Shown in pieces: positions 1-11,271 of a stretch of 64,000 nt of DNA. The stretch comes from Trueperaceae bacterium. GTDB lineage: Bacteria > Deinococcota > Deinococci > Deinococcales > Trueperaceae. Position 1 is the stretch's first letter; every line of letters begins with the position of its first letter. The position numbers and the translations under genes were made by a program. The stretch is taken from the NCBI GenBank assembly GCA_034520945.1, contig JAXHNB010000008.1, positions 128,001-192,000 on the forward strand, in the 5' to 3' direction. Below the pieces are notes generated by a model, which was not told the DNA's origin, made no database searches, and worked only from the letters and a program-made list of their open reading frames with translations.

Positions 1-1708
1 AATGAGGACACCTCGTCGGCCGTGCTGCGGATCTGCCGTCTGGTCGGCGGGTTGCCGCTGGCGCTGGAGTTGGCGGCCGCGTGGGTGCGGGCCCTGCCGT
101 TGGGCGACCTGGCGCGCGAGCTGGAGAAGGGGATCGACCTGCTGGGCCGCACGCCGCACGACGACAGGGATCGGCACAGCAGCGTCCGTGCCGCCTTCGA
201 GGTCTCCTGGCAGAGCCTGGAACCGAGCGAGGCCGAGGTGTTCGCGGCGCTGGCGGTGTTCCGCGGCCCCTTCGGGCGCGACGCGGCCGAAGCCGTGGCA
301 GGCGCCAACGTCCATTCGCTGGCTACGCTGGTGGACCGCTCGTTGTTGCGTCTGGGCAATGATGGTCGCTACGAACGCCACCCGCTGCTGCGCAGCTTCG
401 CGCGGGAGAAGTTGGCCGAGCGCCCCGAGCTCGAGCGGCGCGCCCGCGAGCGCCACGTGGACTGGTTCGGGTCCTGGATCGAGGGGAAGGTCGATCGGTT
501 CGAGCGCACGATGTCCGCGCCCCTGGCCCACGACGCGGTGGCGGCCCATGCCGACCTGAGCGCCGTGCTCGAGGACGCGGTCGCGTCCGGCGACGCCGAG
601 CTCGCCGCGCGCGCCGCGTCGGCGCTGCTCTGCTCCTGGATGGCGAGCGGGCGCTCGCGCGAAGGTCGCGCGTGGGTCGATCGCGTACGCGAGCTCCCCT
701 TTCCGCCGGGCAGCCCGTGGGAGGCCGACATGTTCCGGTTGGCGGCGGTCCTGGGCAGCGCCGAAGGGGAGGACGAGGGAACGCGGCCCCTGCTGGAGGA
801 GGGACTGCGCCGAGCACGCGCGATCGGCGACGTGTCGTGCGAGGTCCGCTGCCTCAACGACCTGTCGGTCGCGCACTCACGACGGGGGGACAGGGACACG
901 GCGTCGGGCCTCCTGGATCGAGCCTTGGGGCTGGTGAGCGAGGAGGCGTTTCCGGCGGAACGGATGTTCCTGCTGACGCACGCGGGCAAGATGGCCATGC
1001 ACGCGGGCGATTCTGGTCGCGCGCACGACCTGCTGGCGCAGGGGCTCGCCATGGCGGAACGGCACGACAGCCTCAAGGTCATGGGCCTCGCGCACCTCCA
1101 CCGGGGCCGTTTGAAGCGGGCACCTGGGCGACACCCGTGCCGCATGGTCCGAGCTCGAGCGGGCCCGCGACCGGCTCGACGCGTTCGGGTACGTCGACCT
1201 GACGGCCCTCGTCCGCCTCCATCTGGCGCTGTCGTTCCTGGCCGAGGACGATCTGGAGGCGGCCGCCTCGCACCTCGACACCTGCCTCGCGCGATGGGGG
1301 GAGGCGGGCCTGCTCGGCCGCCTCCCCGACGCGTTGCGGGTCGTTGCCGCCGTCGCCGCCCGCCGCGGCGATCGGGCGGGGGCGGCCAGGTTCTGGTGCG
1401 TCGCCGGCGCGATCGCGCCTGGGCGCGCGACGGAACTGATCGCCAGCGAGTGGGCGTTCCTCGAGGCGACGCTCGAGGCGTCCGGTGCGGAGACGTCCGG
1501 CAGTTCCGGCGACGCGACCGACACGGACGCCCCACCGACCGCAGCCGCCGCCGTCGCGGCCGCGCGGGACGCGCTCGCAGGCCGCAGCGGTGATTGGGGC
1601 GCAGACGTTCGGCCCGCTACCGTTCGGGCTGGCTTCTCGACCCTGACCCGCTACCCTGCGAAGGAGGCGACGCGAACGATCCTCGACGATCTGCGCGACG
1701 ACCGGTGA
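1..1708 (+). pseudogene. C-terminal part of an NB-ARC-like ATPase/TPR transcriptional regulator; 5' end outside the window, frameshift near 1118-1121
   Basis: ICRLVGGLPLALELAAAW and RHSSVRAAFEVSW segments typical of AfsR/LuxR-type ATPases. TPR-like helices continue in another frame from 1121 (HLGDTRAAWSELERAR...) to the stop at 1708. Confidence 0.75.
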
Positions 1709-1789
1709 ACCTCTACGTCCAGACGTCCGCTGCCGTGACGCTCCTCGCCGAATCGGCCGAAGCGGACGCGCCCGCGGGGCACTGCTCCT

Positions 1790-2908
<1,119 letters not shown>

Positions 2909-2970
2909 GCGCGCCTCGTCATCGAGCCTCATCGTAGCGAGTGCGAGGCGGTGAGGGTGGTGCCACCGCC

Positions 2971-3059
2971 GCTCGGAAAACGGTTACGGCGCTCGGAGAA
3001 CGATTACGAGACGGGGTTCGGCTTCGAGAACGGTTACGGACCTTCGCGGGCGAGTACGG
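2971..3059. repeat. Phased direct repeats (core AACG(A/G)TTACG), spacing 20/30/20 bp
   Basis: gctcggaaaacggttacgg (2971), gctcggagaacgattacga (2991), gcttcgagaacggttacgg (3021), degenerate copy at 3041. Confidence 0.75.
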
Positions 3060-3133
3060 TGGCGGGCTGGCGGCTGCGCGAGGGTGCCGGGTGCCGTCAT
3101 CGACCGATGGCATGGTATGCCTGGCCTCAACTC

Positions 3134-4186
3134 ATGATCCGTGAGATCCAGCTCGAGAACTTCACCGTGTTTGCCGATGCCTCGTTCGCCCCTTCTCGAG
3201 GGTTGAACGTCTTGATCGGCGACAACGGTACCGGCAAGAGCCACCTGATGAAGCTTGCCTATGCCGTGCTCGCGGTGCTTGCCGAGGCGAACGACGCGAC
3301 AGCGCCGTGGACGAAGGACGGTTGGCAGCGGCGACTCGCGGAGAAGTTGGATGCCACGTTCCGCCCGGAGTCCTTGGGTCGCCTGGTGTCGCGGAGGCAG
3401 GGGCGCCGCACGTGTCGCGTAGTGATCGAGCTCACAGACGGTCAGAGCGTGGACTTCAGCTTCGCGAACAACAGCACGGTCAAGGTCGATCTCGAAGGCA
3501 GTCCGCCTCGGCCCATCGAAAACGGCCCCATCTTTCTCCCAGCGCAAGAGATGATCTCGAACGTGCGCGGCTTCGCGAGCGCGTACGAGAAGCGAGAACT
3601 CGACTTCGACGCGACCTATCGGGACCTGGCTCGGGCCCTCGAGGCACCGCCATTGCGGGGACGACCGAAGAAGGAGGTCGGATCGATTCTGGGTGCGCTC
3701 GAGCAGCTCATGCATGGCTCGGTGCAGCAAGCCGACAACCAGTCGTTCATGTTCGAACCCGAGTTCCGTGGCCAGGGGCCGATCGAGATGCCACTGGTAG
3801 CGGAGGGCATTCGCAAGGTCGCGACGCTTACGTACCTGCTGCGCAATGGCGCAATCGCGGACTCGGGGGTCCTCTTCTGGGATGAACCCGAGGCGAACCT
3901 GAATCCACGGATGCTCTCGTCGCTGGCCCGCATCATTCTTCAGCTTGCGAACTCGAGTGCCCAGGTGTTCGTCGCGACGCACAGCTTGTTCCTGTTGCGG
4001 GAGTTCGACATCCTGCTCAGGAAGGCAGGAAAGCCGGCGGCAGCGAAGTTCGCCGCCATGTCGCTGAATGAGGACGGTACGGTCGGACTGGATGTCGGGT
4101 CGTCGGCCGACGACGTCGAACCGATTGCGTCGCTCGAAGCCGACATCGACCAGACGGATCGTTACCTGGATCTGCCGGTGTCATGA
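3134..4186 (+). CDS. ABC-type ATPase (AAA_15/AAA_21-like)
   Basis: MIREIQLENF start, Walker A GDNGTGKS, Walker B/D-loop FWDEPEANLNP, H-loop VATHS. Confidence 0.85.
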   Translation: MIREIQLENFTVFADASFAPSRGLNVLIGDNGTGKSHLMKLAYAVLAVLAEANDATAPWTKDGWQRRLAEKLDATFRPESLGRLVSRRQGRRTCRVVIELTDGQSVDFSFANNSTVKVDLEGSPPRPIENGPIFLPAQEMISNVRGFASAYEKRELDFDATYRDLARALEAPPLRGRPKKEVGSILGALEQLMHGSVQQADNQSFMFEPEFRGQGPIEMPLVAEGIRKVATLTYLLRNGAIADSGVLFWDEPEANLNPRMLSSLARIILQLANSSAQVFVATHSLFLLREFDILLRKAGKPAAAKFAAMSLNEDGTVGLDVGSSADDVEPIASLEADIDQTDRYLDLPVS

Positions 4187-4698
4187 CTCCGCAAGTCCGG
4201 GAGGGCCAACTCATCTTCGCCTTTCCAGACGACTGGATCGTACTGAAGTACGACGCGTTGAGCTACGTCAGAAAGCACTTGGGCGGGTTCGGCGGCGGCT
4301 CGAAAGCGGTCGACATTGTCGCGTTGGATGCACCGCAAGGATCCTTGTGGGTCATCGAGGTCAAGGACTACAAGGATTGGCGCCGACAGAAGACGATGGG
4401 ACTCGTGGATGAGGTCAGCAAGAAGATGCGCGACTCCCTCGCCGGTCTCGTGGTGCTGATGCACCGGGGTGGCGCCGACTATCCTGCCGTGGCCAAGAAG
4501 CTGTTGTGTGAGGCGCAGCACCTTCGGATCGTCTTGCATCTCGAGCGTCCTGCCGTCCCGTCGAGGCTCCGCCCCGACCTAATGGATCCAAAGACGCTGC
4601 ATGATGCTCTCCGGAGAGAGCTCAAGTTCGTCGACAACCAGGCGCGGGTCACATCTCGCGGGATGGCGAACGTGCCTTGGAGCGTGTCGCGCGCGTAG
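4183..4698 (+). CDS. Hypothetical protein with PD-(D/E)XK-like nuclease motif, coupled to the ATPase
   Basis: ATGA overlap with the ATPase stop; KAVDIVAL...WVIEVKDY motif. Confidence 0.6.
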   Translation: MTPQVREGQLIFAFPDDWIVLKYDALSYVRKHLGGFGGGSKAVDIVALDAPQGSLWVIEVKDYKDWRRQKTMGLVDEVSKKMRDSLAGLVVLMHRGGADYPAVAKKLLCEAQHLRIVLHLERPAVPSRLRPDLMDPKTLHDALRRELKFVDNQARVTSRGMANVPWSVSRA

Positions 4699-5167
4699 GC
4701 TGCGACGACATCGGGATCGCTGCGCATGCATCGCTGTTCCGTGGCAAGGCTGACCGTGTGAGATCGGAGGGCTGCGAGCCCCAGGTGACGTCCCCTCGGC
4801 AACAGTGATCGGGTGCGAGAGCAAGGTCTCAGCAGAGGAGCGGCAAGCATTGTATTCACCCATCGGAAGAAGAATATTCGACGGCGAGTCGCGCGAGCAC
4901 AACAACGCACCGAGGGACCGGGCTACCCGTACGTACTGCCTTCTTCCGGCGCGACGTTCGTGCGAATCATCGGGGAGACGCTCCTTGAGGGGTCGTTCCG
5001 AATGAAGAAGCTCGAGGATTGCTACGTGGAGTTGCAGCGGGTACTCCGAGCACGACTGGAATGCCTTGGCTTCGACGGAGAATGGACGGCGAGGTCAGAC
5101 GACGCCGTCGTATCGCTCTGGTAGACACCTCGCGGCCGCGGCCGGGTTGGAGCCGGGCGCCGAAATC

Positions 5168-5338
5168 GAGATCGCGGGGCGGCTTGGTGACCTGAGGGTT
5201 CCGCCCGGAAGCCGACTCGAGGCGCTGAGGGGCGACCGCATGGGGCAGTTCAGCATCCGCATCAACGACCAGTACCGGATCTGTTTCGTCTGGACCGCTG
5301 CGGGGCCCAGCGAAGTCGAGACCCTGGACTACCACTAG
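5168..5338 (+). pseudogene. higB: HigB (RelE-like) toxin, N-terminus missing
   Basis: EIAGRLGDLRVPPGSRLEALRGDRMGQFSIRINDQYRICFVW...DYH, homologous to the intact HigB at 27435-27716. No plausible start. Confidence 0.8.
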
Positions 5339-5518
5339 GAGGATGGCCATGGCGACCAAGCTGGCGCCCGTGACGCCCGGCGAGATCCTGCTCGAAGAGT
5401 TCTTGAAGCCTTTGGGCATTTCGCAGTACCGCCTGGCGAAGGAAGTCGGCGTACCGTCCACCCGGATCAGCGAGATCGTCGCCGGGCGGCGCAGCATCAC
5501 GGCCGACACGGATCTGCG

Positions 5519-6944
5519 AGTGGCGTCCCGCCCTTTCTGTAACTTCCCCCAGGTGGGGGCTTCGTCTACGCCCTACGCTGCCATATCTTGGGCCTCCTTG
5601 TCTTCTTCCGCCGGGTCCGGCCGATCGGCCGGACCCGGCGCCGCGGGCTCATCGAGGAGGGTCATGTCGAGGTAACGGCGGCCGGAGAGCCATTCCTCGC
5701 TCTGTTCGGCCGCGAGGGCGGTGGCCAGGCGTAGGCAAGCGTCGGGGTTGGGAAAGATCCGCACGACATTGCTCCTGCGCTTGATTTCTTGGTTGAAGCG
5801 TTCCAGCGCGTTGGTGGTGCGGATCCGCCGCCGGTGGGGTTCGGGGAACGCGAAGCACGCCAGGGTGTCCTCGATCGATTCGTCGATCCAGTCGGCCACG
5901 GCCGGATGAGAGGCGCTCCAGCGCTCCACGACCTCGCGGGCGGCCTCCATAGCCCAGGCCTTGCTCGGGGCGGCGAATACGGCCTTCAGGTCGCCCGTGA
6001 GGGCCTTGCGGTGCTTCCGCCCGACCTTGCCAAGAGAATTTCTCTGGAAGTGCACTTGGCAACGCTGCCACGCGGCACCTTGGAAGTGCTTGCGGATGGC
6101 GGCGACGAGTCCGCGGTGCTCGTCGCTGGTGACAAGCTGAACGCCCGTGAGGCCGCGGTTCTTCAAGTCCGTGAACAACTCGTCGTACGTCGCTTGACTT
6201 TCCGTGTCGCACACCTTCACGGCCAGCAAGTCCCGGCGACCATCACTCCGGACGCCCATCACGATCAGCACGCCCTGGCTGACCACCTGCCCGGCGACAC
6301 GGACGTGCTCGTACCTCGCGTCGACCACCAGGTACGGGTAGGTCACGTCACCCAACGGCCGCGTGCGCCACGCCTCCAGGTCGGCGTCGAGGCCGCCGGC
6401 GAGGCGGCTGACCTGGCTCTTGCTGAACGACGTGCCACAGAGCTGCTCCGTGACGTCCTTGACCTTCCTCGTCGAGACCCCCTCGACGTACATCTCCATC
6501 AGGCTGAGCACCAGCGCCTTCTCGCTGCGCTGGTACCGATCGAACAATTCCGTCTTGAACGTCCCGTCGCGGTCCTGGGGGATGAGCAGGTCGAGCCTGC
6601 CGACGCGGGTTTTCAACTGCCGGGGCTTGTACCCGTTGCGGTAGCCCTTGCGGGCGTCCGTCCGCTCGTGCGGCGCGGCGCCAAGGTGCTGCGCCATCTC
6701 CTCTTCCAGGAGCCGTTGCAGCACGCCCTGCACGATGTCGCGCAGGAAATCCGGGTCGTTGATCAGCGCCTCACGCGCTCCGCCCTGAAGTTGCGTATCC
6801 TGAGTCTTGGCCATCGATCGCTCCGTTCCTGAATGGGCTCGTTTGAGACTTCCCATCCTGGAGGATCGATGGCCTCACGCGTACCGAAAACCTCGCGTTA
6901 CGCACGACCAACGAACTTTTTACAGATGGGATGTAGAGGCCGCC
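5519..6944 (-). mobile_element. IS256-family insertion sequence with 8-bp target site duplication
   Basis: GATCTGCG at 5511-5518 and 6945-6952. Imperfect terminal inverted repeats share TCTGTAA. Removing the element restores the higA frame. Confidence 0.92.
5573..6814 (-). CDS. IS256-family (Mutator-like) transposase
   Basis: YRNGYKPR, GVSTRKV, YLVVDA, LVTSDEH, WQRCQVHF and IRTTNALERFNQEIKRR motifs. Confidence 0.95.
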   Translation of the reverse strand: MAKTQDTQLQGGAREALINDPDFLRDIVQGVLQRLLEEEMAQHLGAAPHERTDARKGYRNGYKPRQLKTRVGRLDLLIPQDRDGTFKTELFDRYQRSEKALVLSLMEMYVEGVSTRKVKDVTEQLCGTSFSKSQVSRLAGGLDADLEAWRTRPLGDVTYPYLVVDARYEHVRVAGQVVSQGVLIVMGVRSDGRRDLLAVKVCDTESQATYDELFTDLKNRGLTGVQLVTSDEHRGLVAAIRKHFQGAAWQRCQVHFQRNSLGKVGRKHRKALTGDLKAVFAAPSKAWAMEAAREVVERWSASHPAVADWIDESIEDTLACFAFPEPHRRRIRTTNALERFNQEIKRRSNVVRIFPNPDACLRLATALAAEQSEEWLSGRRYLDMTLLDEPAAPGPADRPDPAEEDKEAQDMAA

Positions 6945-7181
6945 GATCTGCGCCTCTGCCGGTTCTTCGGTCTGTCAGAGGGATACTGGTTGCGTGCGCA
7001 AGTAGCACATGACACCGAGGTGGCGCACGAACGCCTCGCCGGGGAACTGGACAAGATTCGTCCCTGGGCGCCGGCATAGGAGACGGCTCGTTGCAACGAC
7101 GGCGCGTAGCTGAAAGCGCCTTGCGCGATGCAGCTTGCACCAGGCGGTGGTACCGATGGCCGCTTTATCGCCGCGTGGCGC

Positions 7182-7598
7182 TCAAGGCGCGCTGAACCAG
7201 GCGAGGAACTCGTCGGGCGTGAACGTCGGCAGGTCGAGGGAGGCGAAGCCCGTCTCGTCCCGGGTCACGACCACCGACGCCCCAGCGTTGGTACCAGCTT
7301 CGTGCAGGACGGCGTCCTCGTAGTCTTCGGCGTCCAGAACGAGAGCGCTGCGCAGGACGTGCTGGTCGACCGGTGCGATGGCGAACATGGCGAGAAGGTC
7401 GTCGACCAGGCGACGAGCGACGCGGGATCCTCGGGCCCGGGCCGTGAGGTAAAAGACCGTGGTGATCGTCGTGGCGCCGAGTAGGCCGTGCACGTGGCCG
7501 TCGTCGACCAGCGAGAACAGCGCAGCCGCGGGCCCCGCGAATGGCGCTCGCGCGAGGAGCACGTCCAGGACGACGTTCGTGTCGATCAGAATCGTCAC
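7182..7598 (-). CDS. PIN-domain toxin (PIN_3/VapC-like)
   Basis: ILIDTNVVLDVLLAR, DYEDAV, VVTRD. Confidence 0.9.
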   Translation of the reverse strand: MTILIDTNVVLDVLLARAPFAGPAAALFSLVDDGHVHGLLGATTITTVFYLTARARGSRVARRLVDDLLAMFAIAPVDQHVLRSALVLDAEDYEDAVLHEAGTNAGASVVVTRDETGFASLDLPTFTPDEFLAWFSAP

Positions 7599-7837
7599 GA
7601 GTGCTTCTCGATCAGGTGATCTTTGTAGTCGTGCTCATCGACGTCCGCTCGCTCGAGCGCACCGAGAAGCCGATGGACGCGCGGGGTAAGCCGTGCCGGC
7701 GCTCCGTCCTCGTCGCGGCCGATCGCATCGAAGTAGCCCTCGACCATTCGCGACAGGGAGGTGCCGTGGTCCTTCGCGTAGCGCTTGGCGCGACGGACCA
7801 CGTCGTCGTCGAGGCGCAGCGTGAGTTTCGACTTCAT
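7595..7837 (-). CDS. RHH-type antitoxin (DUF6364-like)
   Basis: MKSKLTLRLDDDVVRRAKRYAK..GTSLSRMVE; GGAGG RBS; 4-nt overlap with the PIN gene. Confidence 0.85.
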   Translation of the reverse strand: MKSKLTLRLDDDVVRRAKRYAKDHGTSLSRMVEGYFDAIGRDEDGAPARLTPRVHRLLGALERADVDEHDYKDHLIEKHS

Positions 7838-8229
7838 GGCGGCCTCCTCGTACGTACATTCTAGCAAGTAGACGTACGTCTGGCGGCCGCTCGGCGCGAC
7901 AAGCGCGGAAGCCTCGCGCCACCTTCCTGACGCCGACTGACGCCGAAAGCGCCACCAAAGCGCGTGCCGAATCTGCACCACCGAAGCCCCAACCGCCAAC
8001 ACGAGCCAGCTGACCAACGCCAAGGAGCCCCCGCCGGTGCCCGCGAGGACGAGCGCGGCGATCTCCATCCGGAACGCCCACGTCCCATGCGGCCGACGCC
8101 GCCGACGATCCGATCGCGCCGAGCAGGAGGGCCACGACGCCCACGACGCCCCCCCCGCTTCAGCCCGAGGTCGAGGAATCGGGGGCCGACATGGCCGCAC
8201 CGCCAACGGTCCGACCGCTCTGCCTACGC

Positions 8230-8692
8230 CGCTTCGTGCAGCCGCTCGTTCAGCGCGAGGATCGTCACACCACGATCGTCGAAGCGAAGCCTGCCGCCGG
8301 ACGCGACGCTGCCGGATCCGCCGGTGGCGTCAGTACCCGAGTTGGTGGTCGAGGTGATGAACGAGACCACGCTCGGTGCGGCCCGCAGGCTCGTCGACCA
8401 GGGCAGGCGCCCCCTCGCCCTGAACTTCGCCAACGGGATCGAGCCGGGCGGCGGCTTCCTCGACGGCGCGCGTCCCCGTGTTCCGCCGGGACGACGGGGC
8501 GACGCTCGCCGGGCCGTGGCTCCTCGACCTGATCACCTGCGCGGCGCCGTTCGCGCCCGCGCTCGGGCAGCCGGAAGCCGGGGATTTGCTCGAGCGGCGG
8601 ATCGGCCGGGCCCTGGCCATCGCACGCGCTTACGAGTCCAGGTCGCTGGTCCTCGGGGCGTGGGGGTGCGGCGTGTTCGGGAACGATCCGAC
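8230..8692 (+). pseudogene. TIGR02452/DUF2263 microbial PARG (poly-ADP-ribose glycohydrolase) remnant, internally deleted
   Basis: VMNETTLGAA, LALNFANGIEPGGGFLDGAR, then in another frame ITCAAP...LVLGAWGCGVFGNDP. The QEE catalytic segment is missing. Confidence 0.75.
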
Positions 8693-8694
8693 CC

Positions 8695-8939
8695 GCTCGG
8701 ACCAGCAGGCAGGCGGCGGCCAATCCGGATCGGCCCAGGCCGCCGTTGCAGTGGACCGTGACGTTTCTGCCCGACGTCAGCTCGGTGTGCAGGTCGTCGA
8801 TCAGCTCGCCGAAGGCGTGGCGGTCGACGTCCAGGTCGCGGCGTCCTGGGACGCCGCCCACGGGGATGGCGTCCACGCGGATCGGGTGCGTCTCGGAAGT
8901 GGCGAGGGGCCTTGGGTCGGCGGCTCGTTCTTGGGGCAT
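8695..8939 (-). pseudogene. PTP/dual-specificity (CDKN3-like) phosphatase remnant, internally deleted
   Basis: HPIRVD...RDLDVD...VHCNGGLGRSGL; paralog of 52007-52594 lacking internal segments. Confidence 0.75.
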
Positions 8940-9256
8940 GAGGGCTCACCTCTTCGAGTACCTGGTCGAGTCCCGGACTTGCTCGTGCGCAGGGCGGCTA
9001 CCTGTCAGCGACGTGGAGGCCATGTGCACGACGCCGGCCGGCGTCCATACCTACGTGACGCGACGCTGCAGGGCGAGCCGAGTAATGGGGTGCGTCGAAG
9101 TCACCTGCGCCCGCGCTCGAATCCGTTGCCGGTCAAAGGTTCAACGTGCAAGCTCACGCCCGCCGTCGCGGGCTTCCGGCACCCAAAACGCGTCCAGAAT
9201 GAAGCCGAGATGGCGTCGGAGCGCGTGGGGCGGCCGGTGGGCGCATGTGCCAGGCG

Positions 9257-10780
9257 TCACACGTCGAAGCTCGGCCTCCCGGGAACGCTGTCGCGCGCCG
9301 CCCGGATCGCTGCCTCCATCGTCGCGATTTCGTCGGCCGTCAGTTCGTCGAAGAGGGACCGTTTTCGCGCCGCCAGGCGTCCGCCGTTCTGCAGCACCAG
9401 GCGGACGAACAGGGACAGGCGCCGGTCGGGCATGTCCACCACCTCGCGTGCCGAGGCCATGGCGCGGCCCATGACCGTGAGGAAGGTCAACTCCTCGCGC
9501 AAGTCGTGCTCGACCGTATCGGCCAGGCGTCCGAACAGGAACTCGGCCATCGCCGTCGCGTCGAAGTAGCGGTAGAGATCGATTGTCTGGTCCTCGACAG
9601 CGATCCCCCGCTCGGGCGTCCACGACCAGGACGCCAGGTCGGTGATGGGGCCCGACACGTCCTCGAGGACTTGGTCGTAGGTCCGGCGGTCACGGAGGAT
9701 CGCGGCGGATACGGGAAGGATCACGTCCTTCGGGCCGAACTCGCGCCGGGCCAGGACGTTGTGGATCAGGAAGCGGTGAAGCCGTCCGTTGCCGTCCTCG
9801 AACGGGTGAATCAGGACGAAGGCGAACGACGCGACCGCTGCTGCGACGACGGGGTGCACGCCCGATTCCAGGGTGCGCCGATACAGTTCGGACCATCCCT
9901 GCATGAGGCCGGGAACGTCCTCGGGGCGGGGGCAGACGTAGTGCACTTCCTCTCGGAATCCCGACACCGTGGCGCCGATGAACGTCTGCGCGTCGCGCCA
10001 GCCGTCCGCGGCGTAGCGCGGATCGACGATTTCGCCCTGCAGTGAGACCAACGCGCCCATGTCGGCGGCATCGAAGTCGAATGCCCGTTGGAGGGCCTGC
10101 ACGAACCGCTCCGTACGGTGTCGGGAGGGTGTTTCCTGTTCGATCGCGAAGGACGACCTCGTCTCCTTGTTGTACAGGTACGCCACGGCGCGCATCAGGT
10201 CGGTCGGGTCGTACGCTTCGACGATGCGGCGTGCGAAGCGGTCGAGGTCGCGGTTCATCCAGGCGACGAGCTCGGGCGTCTTGCGTACGACGGGGCAGAG
10301 GGCAGGTCCGCCGAGGAGGTTGTCGATCACCCGGTGGCGTCGACTGTCGCGCCTTGCGCCGACGATGTGGCGATCAGGATCGAGGAACGGCACGTAGTTC
10401 CCCATGTCGGCGTCCGGTACGTTCACGGTTCGGCCCGTGAACCTCTCGTACAGGAACCACGCCTTGCGGAAGTACTTGCCGGTCGGCTCGGTGTCGTGCC
10501 AGGCGGCGAGATCGTTCGGAGCGATGCGTTTCATCGCGGCCACGAGCACGCCGAGGTCGACAGGCTCGTGGCGAAGCGCGAACTTCAGGTGCGCCGTGGG
10601 CACGTCGTCCAGCGCGTAGGAGGACGGGTAGTACTCGAAGGTCCGCGAGCCGACGACCTCCGTGCGTCGCGTGCCTCTTCCGCGAACGTAGCTGAGGGTT
10701 CGCGGCTCGGGCACGCGCAGATCCAGGGCTTCGAGGAGCCACGCGTGCCCGATCGGACGCGAATCGCGGCGAGACGTCAT
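9257..10780 (-). CDS. Fic family protein
   Basis: Fic motif HPFEDGNGRLHR. Confidence 0.92.
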   Translation of the reverse strand: MTSRRDSRPIGHAWLLEALDLRVPEPRTLSYVRGRGTRRTEVVGSRTFEYYPSSYALDDVPTAHLKFALRHEPVDLGVLVAAMKRIAPNDLAAWHDTEPTGKYFRKAWFLYERFTGRTVNVPDADMGNYVPFLDPDRHIVGARRDSRRHRVIDNLLGGPALCPVVRKTPELVAWMNRDLDRFARRIVEAYDPTDLMRAVAYLYNKETRSSFAIEQETPSRHRTERFVQALQRAFDFDAADMGALVSLQGEIVDPRYAADGWRDAQTFIGATVSGFREEVHYVCPRPEDVPGLMQGWSELYRRTLESGVHPVVAAAVASFAFVLIHPFEDGNGRLHRFLIHNVLARREFGPKDVILPVSAAILRDRRTYDQVLEDVSGPITDLASWSWTPERGIAVEDQTIDLYRYFDATAMAEFLFGRLADTVEHDLREELTFLTVMGRAMASAREVVDMPDRRLSLFVRLVLQNGGRLAARKRSLFDELTADEIATMEAAIRAARDSVPGRPSFDV

Positions 10781-10843
10781 GGAACGATTATGTACCTTCG
10801 AAAACGATTACGGAAGGGGTGGTAACTCGAATCACGATTACGA
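10781..10843. promoter_or_regulatory. Phased ACGATTA repeats (20/30 bp) overlapping a probable leaderless fic promoter
   Basis: aacgatta at 10783 and 10803, cacgatta at 10833. Minus-strand CATAAT lies 6 nt before the fic ATG. Confidence 0.6.
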
Positions 10844-11006
10844 ACCCGTCCGTTGGCTGGGGATGCCTCTGGGCGTACGGCTCATCGCGCCTACCGGCGC
10901 GCCGCGCGTCCGGCGAAGGCATCACGCATGGGGGGCTGGCCGAAGGCTCGTATCTGCGCCGCCCTGGGCGTATCGTCCTCGTAGATTCGAACCGGAAGGG
11001 GGCGAC

Positions 11007-11222
11007 ATGCGAACGCGCGTCGAGAAGCGGGGCAACAGCCTGGCCGTGCGGATCTCTCGTTCCTTCGCGGTCGAGGGCGGCTTGGAACCGGGCGCCGCCG
11101 TTGAGATGACGCTCGAGGGCGGATCGTTGGTCGTCAGGTCGGTGAGGAGACGGGACGTGCGGCTGGCCGACATGCTCGCTGGCGTCACCGAAGACAACCT
11201 CCACGGTCGGAATTACTTATGA
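11007..11222 (+). CDS. AbrB/MazE-family antitoxin; no mazF follows
   Basis: MRTRVEKRGNSLAVRI...LADMLAGVTEDNLHG; C-terminus looks clipped. Confidence 0.8.
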   Translation: MRTRVEKRGNSLAVRISRSFAVEGGLEPGAAVEMTLEGGSLVVRSVRRRDVRLADMLAGVTEDNLHGRNYL

Positions 11223-11271
11223 GTCATCCAAGACCCCTTCCGTACGATTCTATTTGAGTCAATGCGCGGCC

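Larger units (their letters stand above)
5343..7079 (+). pseudogene. higA: HigA antitoxin split by IS256 (5343-5518 and 6953-7079)
   Basis: PVTPGEILLEEFLKPLGISQYRLAK...ITADTDLR continues after the IS as LCRFFGLSEGYWLRAQVAHD. Confidence 0.9.

Noticed and set aside
1118..1121. Programmed frameshift in the ATPase/TPR gene
   Set aside because: No slippery sequence; a single extra G (mutation or sequencing error) explains it.
2971..3059. Short repeats as a CRISPR array
   Set aside because: Period is only 20-30 bp, there are no unique spacers of CRISPR length and no cas genes.
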